43,718 nt of DNA from Candidatus Staskawiczbacteria bacterium RIFCSPHIGHO2_01_FULL_39_25 (GCA_001820095.1 MHOO01000003.1:66987-110704), one strand, 5' to 3'. Counted from the stretch's first letter, positions 7,951 through 17,083 are shown. The notes: generated by a model not told the origin, from the letters alone. Made by a program: numbers and translations.

Positions 7951-8021
7951 GGGGTCATAGTTCAATGGCAGAATAAAGGTCTCCAAAACCTTTGATCAAG
8001 GTTCGAATCCTTGTGACCCCG
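7951..8021 (+). tRNA. tRNA-Trp(CCA)
   Basis: GGGGTCA/TGACCCC acceptor, AAGGT-CT-CCA-AA-ACCTT, GTTCGAATC T loop. Confidence 0.95.
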
Positions 8022-8022
8022 C

Positions 8023-8095
8023 CTTCGCTTCGCCGAAGCTTTAGCGAAGGCGAGCTTCGCTAAAGTTCGTCAAAGCTACGGCGAGGCAAGCCCGC
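8023..8095. repeat. REP-like GC-rich palindrome cluster
   Basis: TTCGCCGAAGCTTTAGCGAAGGCGA (8029-8053) recurs exactly at 23416-23440. Confidence 0.8.
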
Positions 8096-8100
8096 TTAAC

Positions 8101-8334
8101 ATGTATTACGTCTATAGTTTAAATTGTAAAGATGGTTATTATCTTGGCTGTACTGATAATTTGAAAGATAGGATCAATAGGCATACTAAGGGACAAGTAT
8201 TAGCAACGAAAGATCGCTTACCAATAACTTTAGAATTTTATTTTGCAATTGCAGACAAATATAAAGCTTTCGAATTCGAAAAATATTTAAAGTCTGGTTC
8301 GGGTAGAGCATTTATAAATAAACATTTTGATTAA
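8101..8334 (+). CDS. Small GIY-YIG nuclease-family protein
   Basis: YYVY...YLGCTDNLKDRINRH...EKYLKSGSGR. Confidence 0.9.
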   Translation: MYYVYSLNCKDGYYLGCTDNLKDRINRHTKGQVLATKDRLPITLEFYFAIADKYKAFEFEKYLKSGSGRAFINKHFD

Positions 8335-8353
8335 GTATTTTAAATACATAAAA

Positions 8354-9367
8354 ATGGATAAAAAACTTAAGAAAAATTTAAAAATCGGCACAGCCCTATT
8401 TATGGGTGTCGTTTTAGGTTCTGTAGTATGGGGAATGTATATTCCTAAGTCTTTTCAAGAAAGCTCGCCATTGGCATATGAAGCAAAAGAAGGCATGGGA
8501 TATCGTGAAATCGCATCGGATTTAAAAAATCAGGGGCTTATTAAAAGCAAATTGTTTTTTGAGTTGTATGTCCTTGCATTAGGGGATCAATCCAAGCTCC
8601 AGGCGGGCACCTATAGCGTATCTTCGCTTATGTCGGCTGCCGCCATTGCCAAAAAGTTTGTGATGGGGGACATTATGAAAGAAAAAATCACCATTCTTGA
8701 GGGATGGGATATAAAACATACCGCCCAATATTTAGAAAGCAAAAAATTATTTTCACAAGCAGATTTCCTGGCTGCCGCAAAAAAAGATTGGAGTTACTAT
8801 TCTGATATTTTAAAAGACAGGCCGAAATATGTGGGCATAGAAGGATACCTGTTTCCTGATACCTATAAAGTTCCTGTAGGCTCAACGCCAGAAGAAGTGA
8901 TACCCTACATGCTTTCTAACTTTAACCGGAAATTGACGCCTGAATTAAGAAAAGAAATTGCCCGCCAGAAAAAGTCGGTTTTCCAGATCGTAACCATGGC
9001 ATCCATGCTTGAAAAGGAAGTAAGAAGCCTGGAAGATAAAAAAATGGTGGCCGGCATTTTATGGAAGCGCATGGAAACCGGCATGCCCTTGCAGGTAGAT
9101 GCCACGGTTAACTATGCTACTAACAAGAACACCGTTAATATTACTACGGCCGATAAAAAAATTAACTCTCCGTATAATACCTACAAATACAAAGGCTTGC
9201 CGTTGGGGCCGATTTCCAACCCCGGCATAGACAGCATTATGGCGGCTGTTTATCCCACTAAAAGCCCGTATTGGTACTATCTTTCGGCACGGGGTACGGG
9301 CAAGACTATTTACAGCAAAACGTTCCAAGACCACCTTCTTGCTATTGTAAAGTACCGAAGTTCTTGA
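8354..9367 (+). CDS. mltG: Endolytic transglycosylase MltG (YceG family)
   Basis: ITILEGW, EGYLFPDTY, MASMLEKE, LQVDAT, SPYNTYKYKGLPLGPISNPG; ATG start 8354 preferred. Confidence 0.95.
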   Translation: MDKKLKKNLKIGTALFMGVVLGSVVWGMYIPKSFQESSPLAYEAKEGMGYREIASDLKNQGLIKSKLFFELYVLALGDQSKLQAGTYSVSSLMSAAAIAKKFVMGDIMKEKITILEGWDIKHTAQYLESKKLFSQADFLAAAKKDWSYYSDILKDRPKYVGIEGYLFPDTYKVPVGSTPEEVIPYMLSNFNRKLTPELRKEIARQKKSVFQIVTMASMLEKEVRSLEDKKMVAGILWKRMETGMPLQVDATVNYATNKNTVNITTADKKINSPYNTYKYKGLPLGPISNPGIDSIMAAVYPTKSPYWYYLSARGTGKTIYSKTFQDHLLAIVKYRSS

Positions 9368-9392
9368 CATTAATAAGATAGTAGATTAAGAT
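9364..9392 (+). promoter_or_regulatory. rplJ promoter
   Basis: TTGACA-17-TAAGAT. Confidence 0.65.
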
Positions 9393-9409
9393 TCAAGTAT
9401 CTAAAAAGG

Positions 9410-9560
9410 GGCCGCAGACAGCAGGTTTTCCTAATAACTTTGATTTACGAAAAACGTTTTAAATGGGCATTTCGTGATTCAAAGTGGTAAGGAAAATAAA
9501 TCCTGCCGAGGTAATAATGAGAAACACATTTCTTTTATTATTTGTCTGCAGTCGCAGACT
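9410..9560 (+). ncRNA. L10 leader (ribosomal protein autoregulatory RNA)
   Basis: GCCGCAGACAGCAGG ... CCTGCCGAGG motif pair upstream of rplJ; downstream TGTCTGC can pair with GCAGACA. Confidence 0.8.
9437..9485. repeat. Minimal copy (ends only) of the MITE-like element inside the L10 leader
   Basis: ACTTTGATTTACGAAA ... GCATTTCGTGATTCAAAGT matches the ends of 2258-2431. Confidence 0.6.
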
Positions 9561-9593
9561 TTTTTATTTGTTTTAAAATTATTAAAGTGAATA

Positions 9594-9707
9594 TAGAATC
9601 TTGTATCTGGAAGCTAGAATAGAATAAAGAGTAGAGAATTTAAAACCGATATTCTAAATTCAAAATTCTATTCAAGATACTAGATACTAAATTCAAGATT
9701 CAAAAAC
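9594..9707 (+). repeat. 7-nt periodic hairpin, type C
   Basis: AATCTTGTATCTGGAAGCTAGAAT ... ATTCAAGATACTAGATACTAAATTCAAGATTC, ending at the rplJ start. Confidence 0.8.
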
Positions 9708-10217
9708 GTGGCACTGACCAAAGAAAAAAAACAAAAATCATTAGCAGATTTAAAAGAAAAGATTTCCAAGCAAAGATCGGTGGTTTTCGCTGATTTTTCA
9801 AAAGTGAACTCTAAGGATTTATTTGCATTGAGAAAGCAATTAAAAGAACAGGGGTGCCTTTTGAAAGTAGGAAAGAAGACATTAATCAGGATAGCTTTTG
9901 GGCAGTCTAACATTTCTTTTTGGAATAAAATAAAGGCTAGTATTCCCGGACAGTTAGCATTGGTTTTTGGTATTGACGATGAAGTAGCTCCGGCAAGAAT
10001 TTCCCACCAATTTACAAAAACGAATGAGAATTTTAAGATTTTAGGAGGAATATTTGAAAAAAGATTTATAGATAGAGAAAGGGTATTGGTACTAGCTAAC
10101 ATACCTTCAAGGAATGAATTGCTAAGTAAATTGGTCGGTTCTTTGGCAAGTTCCATGATAGGTTTTGTGACGGTATTGGACCATATAAGGGAAAGTAAAG
10201 AAAAAAGTAGTAACTAA
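9708..10217 (+). CDS. rplJ: 50S ribosomal protein L10
   Basis: VVFADFSKV, LKVGKKTLIRIA, LANIPSRNELLSKL. Confidence 0.95.
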   Translation: MALTKEKKQKSLADLKEKISKQRSVVFADFSKVNSKDLFALRKQLKEQGCLLKVGKKTLIRIAFGQSNISFWNKIKASIPGQLALVFGIDDEVAPARISHQFTKTNENFKILGGIFEKRFIDRERVLVLANIPSRNELLSKLVGSLASSMIGFVTVLDHIRESKEKSSN

Positions 10218-10221
10218 AAAT

Positions 10222-10308
10222 ATGAATCTGGAATCTGGTATCTGGTAGCTAGAATAAAAAATAACGCATTCAAGCTTCAAGATACAAAATTCAAGATTCT
10301 CACTAAAC
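10222..10308 (+). repeat. 7-nt periodic hairpin, type C
   Basis: AATCTGGAATCTGGTATCTGG ... TTCAAGCTTCAAGATACAAAATTCAAGATTC. Confidence 0.75.
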
Positions 10309-10746
10309 ATGGCAGACGAACAAAAAATAACTGCCGCCGACGGCGGAGTTCCACAAGATGCGGCCAAGGTGCCAACTAAATTCAAAAGTTTAGTTGAAGA
10401 AGTAGAAAAGATGTCAATTGTAGAATTGGCAGAATTGGTAAAGGTTTTGGAAAATAAATTTGGCGTATCGGCAGCGGCCCCCGTAGCTGTGGCTCAAGCT
10501 GGCAGCGCGGCCCCGATAGAAGAAAAAACCTCTTTCAATATTGAATTAAAAGAGGTGGGAGCCCAGAAGATTGAGGTTATTAAAGTGGTCAGGGATGTTA
10601 CGGCAAAAGGATTGAAAGAGTCAAAAGATTTGGTTGATGCGGCAGCCGCAGGTCCTCAAATGGTAAAAGAGGGAGTGAAGAAAGACGAAGCGGAAGCAAT
10701 CAAGAAGAAATTTGAAACCGCAGGAGCTAAAGTGGAAATTAAATAG
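10309..10746 (+). CDS. rplL: 50S ribosomal protein L7/L12
   Basis: [44 protein letters not shown]. Confidence 0.98.
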   Translation: MADEQKITAADGGVPQDAAKVPTKFKSLVEEVEKMSIVELAELVKVLENKFGVSAAAPVAVAQAGSAAPIEEKTSFNIELKEVGAQKIEVIKVVRDVTAKGLKESKDLVDAAAAGPQMVKEGVKKDEAEAIKKKFETAGAKVEIK

Positions 10747-10785
10747 ATAGCGCTTGCTAGTTCATTCGTGGAGCACAAGCAGTGA

Positions 10786-10811
10786 AAAAGTCCCCAAAAA
10801 GGGGCTTTTTT
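10786..10811 (+). terminator. Terminator after rplL
   Basis: AAAAAGTCCCC/GGGGCTTTTTT. Confidence 0.7.
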
Positions 10812-10829
10812 GTATACTGCGTAAAGCCC

Positions 10830-10858
10830 TTGACAAGAAACTATAATGGGTGTATAAT
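10830..10858 (+). promoter_or_regulatory. Consensus sigma70 promoter
   Basis: TTGACA-17-TATAAT with TG extension. Confidence 0.8.
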
Positions 10859-10914
10859 TAAAGAATGAGGGTAAAACAATGGGTTTTTCCTCAAAAATGT
10901 AAAAGGAGGTTTTT

Positions 10915-11043
10915 GTGCAGATGCTCAAAGACAAAATGGTTGTGGCGATCATCATTCTGACAGCCTGTATCGCAATTTTGGAAGCCTTTCAAAGGCCTGC
11001 CAGGCAAGCGGCGGCCCAAGCTCGGGCAACGCAACAAAAGTGA
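10915..11043 (+). CDS. 42-aa small membrane protein (not in ORF track)
   Basis: AGGAGG 5 nt before GTG; MQMLKDKMVVAIIILTACIAILEAFQRPARQAAAQARATQQK; own promoter and terminator. Confidence 0.7.
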   Translation: MQMLKDKMVVAIIILTACIAILEAFQRPARQAAAQARATQQK

Positions 11044-11066
11044 TTTCGGCAAAGCGGAATCAGCAG

Positions 11067-11093
11067 AGGGTTATCTTCGGATAACCCTTTTTT
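11067..11093 (+). terminator. UUCG-loop terminator
   Basis: AGGGTTATC-TTCG-GATAACCCT followed by a T-run. Confidence 0.85.
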
Positions 11094-11141
11094 CATTCCT
11101 GCGCTTATTGCACATTGATATGAACATGATAAAATGGATAA

Positions 11142-11492
11142 ATGAGTTTACCGTATCGAAAAATCCAGTGGACCGAACACGCGAAGCTGAAAATGAAACA
11201 GTACGGCCTTTCTAAGAGTAAGATTATCAACCTAATGCATAGACCAGAGAGAAGGGAAGCGGGTATAGCTCCCGGGACTATCGCGGCAATGCAGACGAAT
11301 AAGCTGTATTCAAATGCTAAGGCTAAAAGAACGCCCGGAGAAATCTGGCTCATGTATAAAGACGTAAAAGAGTTTAGAAAAATTATCAGCGCGTGGCGGT
11401 ATCCGGGAATTTCTAAGCCCGGAGAAGATATTCCTATTCCAGAAGCCATACGCGCAGAATTATTAGACGCTTTGAATAATGGAGATATCTAA
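11142..11492 (+). CDS. Hypothetical protein, DUF4258/RelE-like fold suspected
   Basis: IQWTEHAKLKMKQYGLS and IISAWRY resemble that family. Confidence 0.6.
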   Translation: MSLPYRKIQWTEHAKLKMKQYGLSKSKIINLMHRPERREAGIAPGTIAAMQTNKLYSNAKAKRTPGEIWLMYKDVKEFRKIISAWRYPGISKPGEDIPIPEAIRAELLDALNNGDI

Positions 11493-11931
11493 AAAGTCCG
11501 CCTTGCCGCAGGCTTCCGCCTTTAATAAACCTTCGGCGGGACAAGCCGGCGTGGCAAAGGAAAATATTATTGTTGCGTGGTGTGTCTGGCATTTTTATGA
11601 AATGCCTAAGTTTTTGCTTTCCGTGTGGGAAAACTATATTTCATTTGCCTTGTATTTCTTTTCACTGCCCCTTCTGCTTGCTACCCTTTTTTCACCGTGG
11701 AAAAAGTATTCCTGGAATTACCCGAGAGGATTCAATATAGCGGAATACTTTAACATCCTTTTCTCTAATTTATTCTCCCGGATTATCGGCGCTGTCTGCA
11801 GGCTTGTTCTTATTCTATTTGGCATTATCGTGCTTGTATTCATCCTGCTAGCAGGGATTATGGTTATGGCGTTTTGGCTGCTACTGCCGTTTATTGCAGC
11901 CGGATTGGCCACCTATTTTTTTGTAAATTAG
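11479..11931 (+). CDS. Hypothetical integral membrane protein
   Basis: Hydrophobic segments; overlaps the previous gene by 14 nt. Confidence 0.8.
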   Translation: MEISKKSALPQASAFNKPSAGQAGVAKENIIVAWCVWHFYEMPKFLLSVWENYISFALYFFSLPLLLATLFSPWKKYSWNYPRGFNIAEYFNILFSNLFSRIIGAVCRLVLILFGIIVLVFILLAGIMVMAFWLLLPFIAAGLATYFFVN

Positions 11932-11943
11932 TAAAAATTTGCC

Positions 11944-14496
11944 ATGGCATTTCACTTTGATACTAGGACTACATTAATCTCAAAAGCGTTAAGGATATCT
12001 TCGTTCCCGTTATTTAAGCAGGCGAGCCTTTTAAGCCAGCTCTTTTTTTATTTATTTATCATATCTTCAGTGTTGCTGGGCGTTTCTTTTTTCGGGCTTC
12101 TTGCAGGTCCCGCAGCTATCAAGATACCCATAATATTCCTGTTTTGGTTTATGGTTTTCTTGGAAATCCACCTGTTCACCGAATTAAAAATTAAAAACCC
12201 TCCTATTGTCGCCCGCCTTTCAGAGGCGCTTTCAGATCCAGCCCCTTATAACTTGGCAGAATTTTTAAGTTTGCAGTCATGTGAAATGGTGGAAGAGAGC
12301 ATTAAAGTTTGCAAGAAAAGAAGGCTGTCTTCAGTAGGTTCAGAAGCTCTTTTATATGCTTCTTTGGTAAAAAATAAAGATGTCCAGATATTAACTTTCA
12401 GGCTGGGCATAGATTTAAAAAAACTGCAGGCGGACCTGAAAAACTATTTGGAAAAGCAGCCGCGCCAGCAAAAATTTACCCTGGCGCTTTCAGAGCCTTT
12501 CCAGCGAACGATGCTTCAGGCAGCCAAGATAGCTCATGAACGCGGGCATGAGAAGATAGGGGAGAAAGAAATTTTGTTTGCCCTTGCCAAAGAAGATGAT
12601 TTTTTTAAAAAGGTATTAATAGAGAATGATTTAAAAGAAAAAGATATTGAAAATCTAACCACATGGTTGGATTCTGTGGAGCAGAAAATAAAATCTCGGG
12701 AGAAATTCTGGACCAAAGACAATTTAGCGCGATTCGGGTCCTTAGGGAAAGACTGGGCGGCCGGCTTTACGGTAACCTTAGACCAATTTTCTGTTGATTT
12801 GGCCCACACTTCGGGCCAGAGCATTTTTAATGAAATTATCGGCCACAAAAAAGAAATAGATGAGCTTGAAATTATTTTAGCCAAATCAAGCTTGAGCAAC
12901 GCGTTGATTGTAGGAGAGCCTGGCGTAGGAAGAAAAAGCGTAGTGGAGGGGCTAGTTCAGCGGTGCTACACGGGGACCAGCTTGCCCGAGTTAAATGGAA
13001 AAAGGGTGGTTCAGCTTGATATTGTTGCGTTGCTATCACGTCTTACTGAATTTGAAAAAGTGGAAAGCACATTAAACCAGATTTTTGGAGAGGTGCTGGC
13101 TTCAGATAATGTTATTTTAGTCATTGATGACTTAGATAACTTTGTTGAGCAAAAAGTGTTAAAGCCGGGAACCGTTGATATTTCGGGGATCTTGTCAAAA
13201 TATCTGCCGTTGCCCAACTTTCATTTTATTGGCATTACTTCGTTTGACGGGCTCCACCGCAAATTAGAGCAGAATCCTTCGTTCTTGGAATCGTTCAGGA
13301 AAATTGAAGTTTCAGAAATATCAGAACTGGAAACCATACGAACCTTGCAAGACTTGGCTTTAGGCATGGAAGCCCGGTATAAAATTATCATACTGTATCC
13401 AGCCATCCGGGAAATCGTAAACTTGACGGGCAGGTATCTTCCCAGTTCGCCGTTCCCTAAAAAAGCCATTGATGTGCTGGAAGAAGCGGCGGTGCATGTG
13501 AAAGTTTCAAAAGAGAAAGTGCTTTTCCCTCATCATATCGCAACCATTATTTCCAATAAAACCCAGATTCCCATTGGAAAAATGAAGTTTCGCGAGAAGC
13601 AGGTATTGCTCAATTTAGAAAACCTAATCCATCAAAGGATTGTTAACCAGCAGGAATCAGTGCAGGAAATATCCACGGCCATGAGAAGAGCGCGGGCTGG
13701 CATTGCCTCTAAAAAAAGGCCCATGGGAGTATTTATGTTTCTGGGGCCTACGGGCGTGGGAAAAACCGAAACGGCAAAAGCGTTAGCAGAAATTTATTTT
13801 GGCGGGGAAGAAAAAATGATACGGCTGGATATGTCTGAATTCCAGGCTATTTCAGATATCCCAAGGCTCATAGGCGCCATCAGCCCGGTAGAGCAGCAAG
13901 GGATCCTGACAACTCCGGTGCGGGAAAAGCCTTTTTCATTGGTCTTGCTTGATGAAATAGAAAAAACCTATCCCGATATTTTAAATTTATTTTTGCAAGT
14001 TTTTGACGAAGGCCATATTACCGACGGCCAGGGGAGAAAAGTGGTTTTTACCAATACCATTATTATCTGCACTTCTAATGCCGGAGCAGACCTTATTTTT
14101 AAGTCAGCTGAATCGGGCAATAAGGTGGAAAAAGATAAGCTATTAGAACACCTTTTCGCAAAAAATATTTTCAGGCCAGAATTCATCAACCGTTTTGATG
14201 CTACGGTTATCTTTAATCCGCTAACGCCAGAGCATTTGCTTCAGATAGCCCAGCTCATGCTTTCAAGCCTCCAGAAAAATCTTAAAGAAAAAGAAATTGA
14301 TTTTATGATTACCGACCCTTTAAAGCAAAAGATTGTTGAGCTTTCTTATAAACCTCAGTACGGAGCCAGGGAAATGCGAAGGGTGGTGCAGAGTCAAGTA
14401 GAAGATAAGATTGCCCAAGCTCTGCTGTCTGATACCATTACCAAGGGGGATAAAATTGAAATTAATTCAGAAAATTTTGAAGTAGTAAAATTGTGA
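11944..14496 (+). CDS. ClpA/ClpB-family AAA+ ATPase with N-terminal transmembrane segments
   Basis: NBD1 GEPGVGRKS/VIDD; NBD2 GPTGVGKTE, RLDMSEFQ, LLDEIEK, FRPEFINRFD, YGAREMRR. Confidence 0.92.
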   Translation: MAFHFDTRTTLISKALRISSFPLFKQASLLSQLFFYLFIISSVLLGVSFFGLLAGPAAIKIPIIFLFWFMVFLEIHLFTELKIKNPPIVARLSEALSDPAPYNLAEFLSLQSCEMVEESIKVCKKRRLSSVGSEALLYASLVKNKDVQILTFRLGIDLKKLQADLKNYLEKQPRQQKFTLALSEPFQRTMLQAAKIAHERGHEKIGEKEILFALAKEDDFFKKVLIENDLKEKDIENLTTWLDSVEQKIKSREKFWTKDNLARFGSLGKDWAAGFTVTLDQFSVDLAHTSGQSIFNEIIGHKKEIDELEIILAKSSLSNALIVGEPGVGRKSVVEGLVQRCYTGTSLPELNGKRVVQLDIVALLSRLTEFEKVESTLNQIFGEVLASDNVILVIDDLDNFVEQKVLKPGTVDISGILSKYLPLPNFHFIGITSFDGLHRKLEQNPSFLESFRKIEVSEISELETIRTLQDLALGMEARYKIIILYPAIREIVNLTGRYLPSSPFPKKAIDVLEEAAVHVKVSKEKVLFPHHIATIISNKTQIPIGKMKFREKQVLLNLENLIHQRIVNQQESVQEISTAMRRARAGIASKKRPMGVFMFLGPTGVGKTETAKALAEIYFGGEEKMIRLDMSEFQAISDIPRLIGAISPVEQQGILTTPVREKPFSLVLLDEIEKTYPDILNLFLQVFDEGHITDGQGRKVVFTNTIIICTSNAGADLIFKSAESGNKVEKDKLLEHLFAKNIFRPEFINRFDATVIFNPLTPEHLLQIAQLMLSSLQKNLKEKEIDFMITDPLKQKIVELSYKPQYGAREMRRVVQSQVEDKIAQALLSDTITKGDKIEINSENFEVVKL

Positions 14497-14500
14497 AGCA

Positions 14501-14683
14501 ATGCCTGAAAACCCTCAGAAAAATTTTACGGGAAAGATTGTATCAATAACCTTGGCAGTTACTGGATTGCTCATCATTACCTCAATTATTATTGGAGGAG
14601 CTCTTTTGGCAAGCAGAAAATGGGATCCTACATGGAATCCATTCAGGCCAAAAGCAGAAAGCAGATTACCGGGAACATACTAA
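14501..14683 (+). CDS. 60-aa single-pass membrane protein
   Basis: One hydrophobic helix followed by WDPTWNPFRP; starts 4 nt after the clp stop; terminator follows. Confidence 0.65.
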   Translation: MPENPQKNFTGKIVSITLAVTGLLIITSIIIGGALLASRKWDPTWNPFRPKAESRLPGTY

Positions 14684-14749
14684 TATCTCATCGTGAAGAA
14701 AAACCGTTTCAAGTGAAACGGTTTTTTGCTATAAAGAACTCTCCCTAGA

Positions 14750-14933
14750 GTGGGAAATAGGAGAATTTAGTATTTCCGAACAAAGTATAGAAATTCAACT
14801 GTGGATAAATGGGGGATAAATAAGCCATTTTACGACTAAAATAACTTTTTTAAGTAAAGTATTGACCCATCCTTATAAAATAGGATATAAATAATATGAA
14901 GTGGAGAATAGTGGATAAGTGTGGGAAAAGTAG
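14750..14933 (+). promoter_or_regulatory. MraZ-binding GTGG(G/A) boxes at 10-bp spacing and dcw promoter
   Basis: GTGGA 14901, GTGGA 14911, GTGGG 14921; further boxes near 14750 and 14801; TTGACC...TATAAA at 14862-14891. Confidence 0.75.
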
Positions 14934-14957
14934 CTAAAAGAGGGGAGAAACTCCCTT

Positions 14958-15244
14958 ACCTTGAATTACGAAATGCTTTCGCGGTATTTTTTCCAAATTT
15001 GGAAGGCGAAAATTTGATAGAATTCCAAAACGTAGCAAGCTACGTTTTGGAATTATAACCGAGGATAGCGAAGGCAGGAAAATGTGAATGAGTAACAATG
15101 AAAATTTATTTTCACTGTTATGAAATTCATATTTTATTGCCGAGCGACGCAGGTTATATGCTTTGCATATTGCGGATTTTCGACCCAAATTTGGAAAAAA
15201 GACCCGAAAACTATTTTTTAATGGTGCATTTCGTAATTCAAGGT
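14958..15244. mobile_element. MITE-like inverted-repeat element, copy 2, in the mraZ 5' leader
   Basis: Perfect 19-bp terminal IR ACCTTGAATTACGAAATGC/GCATTTCGTAATTCAAGGT; shares CGAAAATTTGATAGAATT with copy 1. Confidence 0.65.
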
Positions 15245-15256
15245 TTTAATAAGTTT

Positions 15257-15688
15257 ATGTTAATAGGGCAATACCAACACACTATTGATACTAAGAAGCG
15301 CTTGGCGCTCCCGGTAAAATTCAGGGGTGAGTTAGGCGGCAAGGTAATCATTACCAAAGGCATTGAGCATTGCTTAGTAGTATATACCGAAAAAGAGTGG
15401 GAGGTATTTTCACAAAAACTGGCAAATTTGCCTATATCCCATATTGAAGCGCGGTCATTCTCAAGGAATATCTTAGCAGCCGCTATGGAAATTGTGCTGG
15501 ATAAATTGGGCAGGATACTTATTCCTGATTATTTAAAAGAATATGCTGGCTTGAAAAAAAATGTAGTGATCTGCGGATTGTCTAATAGGTTAGAAGTTTG
15601 GGATGAAGAAAAGTGGGAAAGTTATAGGAAGAGCGCAGAGAAGGGAGTGGAAGAAATTGTATCAAAATTGGGTCCCTTAGGAATATAG
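15257..15688 (+). CDS. mraZ: Transcriptional regulator MraZ
   Basis: 143 aa from ATG 15257: MLIGQYQHTIDTKKRL, DKLGRILIP, NRLEVWD. Confidence 0.97.
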   Translation: MLIGQYQHTIDTKKRLALPVKFRGELGGKVIITKGIEHCLVVYTEKEWEVFSQKLANLPISHIEARSFSRNILAAAMEIVLDKLGRILIPDYLKEYAGLKKNVVICGLSNRLEVWDEEKWESYRKSAEKGVEEIVSKLGPLGI

Positions 15689-15835
15689 TTCTAATTTGAA
15701 ATTTACAATTTGAAATTTGAATTCAATATATCAATATAACAATATCTTAATTTGAAAACACGAAGTCGAGTTTTAAATATTTCAAATTTAATTATTTCAA
15801 ATTGATTTCAAATTGTAAATTTCAAATTTCAAATT
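15689..15835 (+). repeat. 7-nt periodic hairpin, type B (AATTTGA/TTTCAAA)
   Basis: Near-copy of 29514-29648 with a central AAAACACGA..TCG.GTTTT palindrome. Confidence 0.85.
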
Positions 15836-16720
15836 ATGATACACATCCCGGTTCTTATCAGGGAAGTATTGGAATATTTAGACCCTAAGCCAAATGAGAA
15901 TTTTATTGATGGTACGGTGGGAGAGGGCAGCCATGCCATTGAGATCTTAGAAAGGAATAAGCCGGAGGGGAAGGTGCTAGGCATAGATTGGGACGCAAAA
16001 CAGGTTGAGAATAGCAAATTTTATACTTCGCGGTTTAAAGAAAGAATAATCGTAGTCAATGGTTCGTATGCAAATATGAAAGATATTGCAGAAAGAATGC
16101 ATTTTACGCCCGTGCATGGCATATTGCTGGATTTAGGGTATTCATCATGGCAGATAGAGCAATCAGGAAAGGGATTTTCCTTTAATAAAGATGAAGCATT
16201 GGACATGAGGTTTAATGCGCACAATCCGGTAACGGCGGAAAAAATTATCAATGAATATTCGGAACTAGCAATAGAAAAAATAATAAGGGAGTACGGAGAA
16301 GAAAAATTTTCAAAGCAGATTGCAAGGGAAATTGTACGGCAACGGAAAATAAAAAAAATACAAAGCACCTTTGAATTAAACAATGTTATAGAGCGGGCAA
16401 TGCCTCTAAAGTCCAGGCATGGCAGAATCCATTATGCGACTAGGACATTTCAAGCCTTGCGTATTGCCGTAAATGGGGAGCTGGATAATCTGCAAAAAGG
16501 CTTGCTTGAAGCAATTTCAATTTTGTCTCCTGGAGGAAGATTAGTAGTCATCTCTTTTCATTCTCTAGAAGACAGGATTGTGAAAAATGCTTTTAAATAT
16601 GCAGTCAATAACAAAATGGCCAACCTGCTAACTAAAAAGCCCGTAAGGGCTTGGGCAAAAGAAATGGCAGTTAATCCCAGGGCACGGTCAGCCAAACTAA
16701 GAGCACTTATTAAGATATAA
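15836..16720 (+). CDS. rsmH: 16S rRNA m4C1402 methyltransferase
   Basis: HIPVL, DGTVGEGSH, LLDLGYSS, LDMRF, FQALRIAVNGEL, ISFHSLEDRIVK, NPRARSAKLR. Confidence 0.98.
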   Translation: MIHIPVLIREVLEYLDPKPNENFIDGTVGEGSHAIEILERNKPEGKVLGIDWDAKQVENSKFYTSRFKERIIVVNGSYANMKDIAERMHFTPVHGILLDLGYSSWQIEQSGKGFSFNKDEALDMRFNAHNPVTAEKIINEYSELAIEKIIREYGEEKFSKQIAREIVRQRKIKKIQSTFELNNVIERAMPLKSRHGRIHYATRTFQALRIAVNGELDNLQKGLLEAISILSPGGRLVVISFHSLEDRIVKNAFKYAVNNKMANLLTKKPVRAWAKEMAVNPRARSAKLRALIKI

Positions 16721-16731
16721 CTCATTAAAAT

Positions 16732-17082
16732 ATGACAACCGCAACATTAGCCTATCGAGCCATCGGCAGTAAACTTGCTTGGACACAACCTCTGCGGGTG
16801 AATTGGAAAGCAATGTACATTCTGGGAATTATATTTGCTTTATTGTTTTGCGTTACTTATATATTTGGAATCAACCAATTGACAAGGGGCGCCTATTTAA
16901 TTAAAAATTATAATAAGGAAATAAGCAGCCTTTTAGAAGAAAATAGGAAGTTAGAAATTGATTTTGCTGAAAGCGGATTTTTGGGCGGAGTGCAAGAAAA
17001 GGTAAAACAACTTAGCTTTGAGAAAACTAAAGGGGTAAAATATGTGCAAATCTTAGATAATTCTTTGGTATTATCCAAGTGA
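16732..17082 (+). CDS. FtsL-like cell division protein
   Basis: Single TM plus coiled coil, positioned between rsmH and the PBP gene. Confidence 0.7.
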   Translation: MTTATLAYRAIGSKLAWTQPLRVNWKAMYILGIIFALLFCVTYIFGINQLTRGAYLIKNYNKEISSLLEENRKLEIDFAESGFLGGVQEKVKQLSFEKTKGVKYVQILDNSLVLSK

Positions 17083-17083
17083 C

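Noticed and set aside
15098-15256. N-terminal extension of MraZ (196-aa ORF)
   Set aside because: The extension is read through the inverted-repeat element; ATG 15257 gives the normal 143 aa.
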